The notes beneath the pieces are model-generated. The model had not been told where the DNA came from. It worked only from the letters and a program-made list of their open reading frames with translations, and ran no database searches. A stretch of 58,538 bases of DNA from positions 1-58,538 of IMG/VR virus record IMGVR_UViG_3300038463_000101; one strand, 5' to 3'. The position numbers were made by a program, and so were the translations under genes. Shown here piece after piece: positions 56,501-58,538 of the stretch (position 1 is the first letter of the stretch; each line of letters starts with the position of its first letter). The DNA is from a virus. Taxonomy: Duplodnaviria; Caudoviricetes.

Positions 56501-57866
56501 GAAGGATGGAATCTAGCTGCGTTGAGTTGTTGTTTCCGCCGGTAATGTCAACCAAATCGCTCGGCTGCACTGCATAGTAAAACAGGTCGTTGTTGTAGTT
56601 GTTACCCGAATCTAGATTGAAAAGGATGAGCAACTGAATCAATTTCGTCGGGTCAGACATTGCCAATGAGATGTGAAAGTAATCGTCCTCCTGCGGATAG
56701 CTGAAGTTGGCTGGATAAGGGCTCGTGAATGGATTCCCAACCAAAGGGAAAGTAGTGCTGATAGTGCCGATGCCGGTTGCCAAATTAGCGGAGATGATGG
56801 TGGAGTTGATCGCGGTGTTGTGCGCGTAGGGGCCACCCGCTACCGCTATCGTTGGTTGCCCTAATAGGCCAGGAAGGGCGCTGGCGTAGTTTCCGACCGT
56901 AGATGTGTCGATGCAAAGCTGTCCGTTTGGGCCAGAAACGGCGTCTAGTACGAGAATGTTTTCGGTGACCACGTTGTTATTGGCCGAGGTATAAAGAGTG
57001 CAGACAGACCCTCTCCGCAAAGCTCCGACCTGATTACCCGAAAGCGGCACATTGCCGAGAGCCATCACGCAATTCCCGTTGTTGCCGGATGCGTACCGTA
57101 CCGATTGCACAGCTATGCTACTGCTGCTGAACGAGGGGAGTACGTCTTCGACGATTACGGGAGTTCCGCCACCCATCGAAACCAATTCTCCAACCGCGAA
57201 AGGATTCAGCACCGTTGGGCAGTAGGACCGATTTGCAAAGGCTGGATCTTGAAACGAGTTCGCATAGGTTTGCGTTGCGAAGTAGCGGTTGCCGTCCGCA
57301 AGTCCGCTGGCATTTCCGCCCGCCGTCCAGTTTCCGGCATTGCCGGTCATGTTGTGGATATAGATGGCTGTTTGCGGACAGGCGTCGAGGCTTTGCTGTG
57401 GCTCCGCGATGCCGACGTTATAGACGACGCAATTATTGTTCGCGTTCGGCGCTTGGATCTTAACGTAATTCCCGTTTTGACCAGCGACGTACATCCATGC
57501 CTGCGGGCTTTCGGCGGGGCGGAACGGGAGCATCGAGAAACCGTTGCCGCCAGCCGTCAGGTTGACAACATCCACGCCAGTATCCAAAAATACTTCGCCG
57601 AAAATGTCAACCGCGAGTAGTCGTGGCAGGTTATCGGTGCCGAGCGCGGTAAAGGCGCGGATATCGATCACGCCAGCTCCCCCGTTGTTCAGCGCGAACA
57701 AGTTGACATACCCCGGCCTCGTCCGCATCGCCTTCGCGCCTGTCGAGCGGATATTCTGCGCCGCGCAATACTTATTCAGTGGCAGGGCGTCGGGAACGTC
57801 GCGGATGTTGACGCCGCCGAACTCGAAACGGAAACCAGGCTTGTCGCGGTTGAACTCAGGAGCCAT
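53505..57866 (-). CDS. putative tail nozzle / tail tubular protein
   Basis: 1453 aa; FGGVN.RD.PD.LP...AQNIR...RPG N-terminus typical of podophage nozzle proteins; Asn-rich. Confidence 0.65.
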   Translation of the reverse strand: MAPEFNRDKPGFRFEFGGVNIRDVPDALPLNKYCAAQNIRSTGAKAMRTRPGYVNLFALNNGGAGVIDIRAFTALGTDNLPRLLAVDIFGEVFLDTGVDVVNLTAGGNGFSMLPFRPAESPQAWMYVAGQNGNYVKIQAPNANNNCVVYNVGIAEPQQSLDACPQTAIYIHNMTGNAGNWTAGGNASGLADGNRYFATQTYANSFQDPAFANRSYCPTVLNPFAVGELVSMGGGTPVIVEDVLPSFSSSSIAVQSVRYASGNNGNCVMALGNVPLSGNQVGALRRGSVCTLYTSANNNVVTENILVLDAVSGPNGQLCIDTSTVGNYASALPGLLGQPTIAVAGGPYAHNTAINSTIISANLATGIGTISTTFPLVGNPFTSPYPANFSYPQEDDYFHISLAMSDPTKLIQLLILFNLDSGNNYNNDLFYYAVQPSDLVDITGGNNNSTQLDSILQAAEGQIIAGLETGVAAPGYAVAGNNAYSEILFNLSQLTQLGGNQGLTLANVTGMQLQFNVSNNISVQFGSIWIGSGGQPDTGNNGSTYKYQAVPLSSLTGVRGNPTALMRYGVTPKRQSVNVKTSALSAAYDSQIDTWEIYRYGGSVFSYRFLGTAPIGSDFVDNYFDDAVSGDVPQVSIDNTQPWPTLDLPLLIGGSNGFAATLNAYGYQLTTQLTGGNAWPSLIGEWLPGTLFQLGLTQTGGGPLGGEAFTLRYRPTSLGNNTYLFQFEECIGGIAPSSVFVLEPNVAAQPLPYAWGPNEYGDFFSCGGVLRPGVVQWAKPYAPDAAPTKNTLDLCPPSEPLLGGATLGGIDIVASSNRWWALYFQAGNQAQRYQQVEIAVGKRLASPYGKCADGSKLYFWATDCIAVTGGGPAISLTDTDLFTLFPHGGIQGKNVTRGPVTYYAPDYSRASQFRLAVREGLLYALYVDVSNTYRMLIGEIKGDSVAWENDVYAATMTAVYALEQPKGTLTTSPSLYPAVVMGTMNGNVVKLQDLTNDGGNNNGTPISSLVYTAEWDGGDARAQTQWGDQYVDVFAPAGMSVTPVSQGANVANNTTIAANNNRQFVPVSVGGASLVNFIGLQLSWSDNFATQNNYTSIHVWQPSFVDKPEIIKDRYGDWVDFGQASYVRGCIIHANTNGANKNISIRNGDSNTLVQFSGILGNGLINHNGEQEIAYFFNPPFVAHMVRDESQDLIPWQKFGIEWIRDPWPEISQLPSKWFNMGTTAAKFLQGCVIPLDTNGGNANNAGNGGYWGNNSEFGGILWGNNNVGANGVSIQIVSSDGAVITLPPVSTPPAEKTAVPFSFSPIIGHEFQLNPLAPCRYWDDEIVWIWEETPELAAVWITQWTALGSKGYKSIPRIEAAYASTQSVTLTITSYDGQSPVALTLPATGVVMQRVLLTLSFNKGQLYQFQLTSPAPFQVFANDFIVHVYDWGRQGEMRAYNNLGAEFGDKARI

Positions 57867-57868
57867 GC

Positions 57869-58072
57869 CTACAGCATAAATCGGTGAGACAGCGATGGTC
57901 CGGGCGAAATGAGGCCTGCCAGCAGGTAGACAACCCAGATCACAACGAATACAATCACAACGACACGGATGATTTGCTTGATTTTGGCGTCGATCGGCAG
58001 TTGCTCAAGGAGCCACAGGAGAAGGCCAACCACGATGAGCGCGATGACCACGGAAACTAAAAGTGAAAGCAT
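57869..58072 (-). CDS. small two-TM membrane protein (Thivi_2564-like)
   Basis: LIVVGLLLWLL..LPID..IK.II.VVVIV. Confidence 0.7.
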   Translation of the reverse strand: MLSLLVSVVIALIVVGLLLWLLEQLPIDAKIKQIIRVVVIVFVVIWVVYLLAGLISPGPSLSHRFML

Positions 58073-58078
58073 CCCTCA

Positions 58079-58115
58079 AGTTTAGCTTGATTCCTGGTAG
58101 CGACTAGGATATGAT
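58079..58115. promoter_or_regulatory. bidirectional promoter with CTGGTAGCGACTAGG spacer
   Basis: + TTGATT-CCTGGTAGCGACTAGGA(17)-TATGAT; - TAAACT 6 nt before ATG 58072. Confidence 0.8.
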
Positions 58116-58135
58116 GCGGGGTATGGAATCCCTCA

Positions 58136-58538
58136 ATGTGTAACTTTGCCTCATTCGTTCTCACCAAGGATCGTGTTTTCTGGCTCGAAGACTTCGATTC
58201 GCATTCCGAAATCATCAGACATTTTAAATTGCACGAGCAGGGAGCTAGGGACGTCAACGTGCTTAACGTCGAAATTACCCCAACTGACCGTGTGAAGCAA
58301 TGGCCAGATTTGCGAGCGTGGAAATACAAAGTAGACCAAGATTTACGCCCAGAGTGGCACGATCCAGTAAAGGATGAAAAACGCGCACGGTCTGCGCTTA
58401 GAGAACGATTCAAAAAAGGTTTCAAGACCGTGGACGCCAGGGGTTGCACGGCTTTGACCGAGTTGAAGGCCGACGCGGCTGAGTACGTGGACGCCAGGGG
58501 TTGCACGGCTTTGACCGAGTTGAAGGCCGACGCGGCAA
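58136..58538 (+). CDS. LRR-like repeat protein, 3'-truncated
   Basis: MCNFASF...DSHSEII...; 19-aa repeat VDARGCTALTELKADAAEY. Confidence 0.7.
   Translation, partial: MCNFASFVLTKDRVFWLEDFDSHSEIIRHFKLHEQGARDVNVLNVEITPTDRVKQWPDLRAWKYKVDQDLRPEWHDPVKDEKRARSALRERFKKGFKTVDARGCTALTELKADAAEYVDARGCTALTELKADAA
58429..58536 (+). repeat. 57-bp tandem repeat
   Basis: CGTGGACGCCAGGGGTTGCACGGCTTTGACCGAGTTGAAGGCCGACGCGGC at 58429 and 58486. Confidence 0.9.

Noticed and set aside
1-58538. CRISPR array, tRNA, rRNA, or DGR/reverse transcriptase
   Set aside because: No regularly spaced repeat-spacer run, no cloverleaf, and no RT motifs or TR/VR pair noticed by eye

Overview
The window is most of a ~58 kb tailed dsDNA phage or prophage genome with no host genes visible, and both ends cut through ORFs. 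The tail module looks podovirus-like: nozzle, adaptor, GNAT and ejection proteins, with no tape measure or sheath. Layout: replication/early block (1-8 kb: helicase fragment, VRR-NUC, CHC2 zinc finger, VapE helicase, serine recombinase, DUF932); + strand packaging/head operon (12-30 kb: terminase, portal, scaffold, capsid, Asn-rich decoration paralogs, glycosyltransferase, radical SAM, Acb2/Tad1-like protein); + strand tailspikes carrying Sec-type signal peptides (30.8-37.2 kb); - strand tail/ejection block (42-58 kb) interrupted by + strand cassettes (holin, tailspike, endolysin). Four free-standing homing endonucleases are present. Product calls come from motif recognition by eye, not database searches, and the host guess (Acidobacteriota-like) is inference. 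The strongest unexplained signals: (1) a dispersed asymmetric motif (C)TGGTAGCG(ACTAGG) inside the spacer of eight sigma70-type promoters; (2) a structured RNA leader present twice, overlapping a terminator in one copy and a start-codon hairpin in the other; (3) a ~250-nt intergenic RNA with a kissing-loop; (4) signal-peptide-bearing tailspikes; (5) very Asn-rich virion proteins next to a glycosyltransferase and a radical SAM enzyme; (6) an exact parS site.
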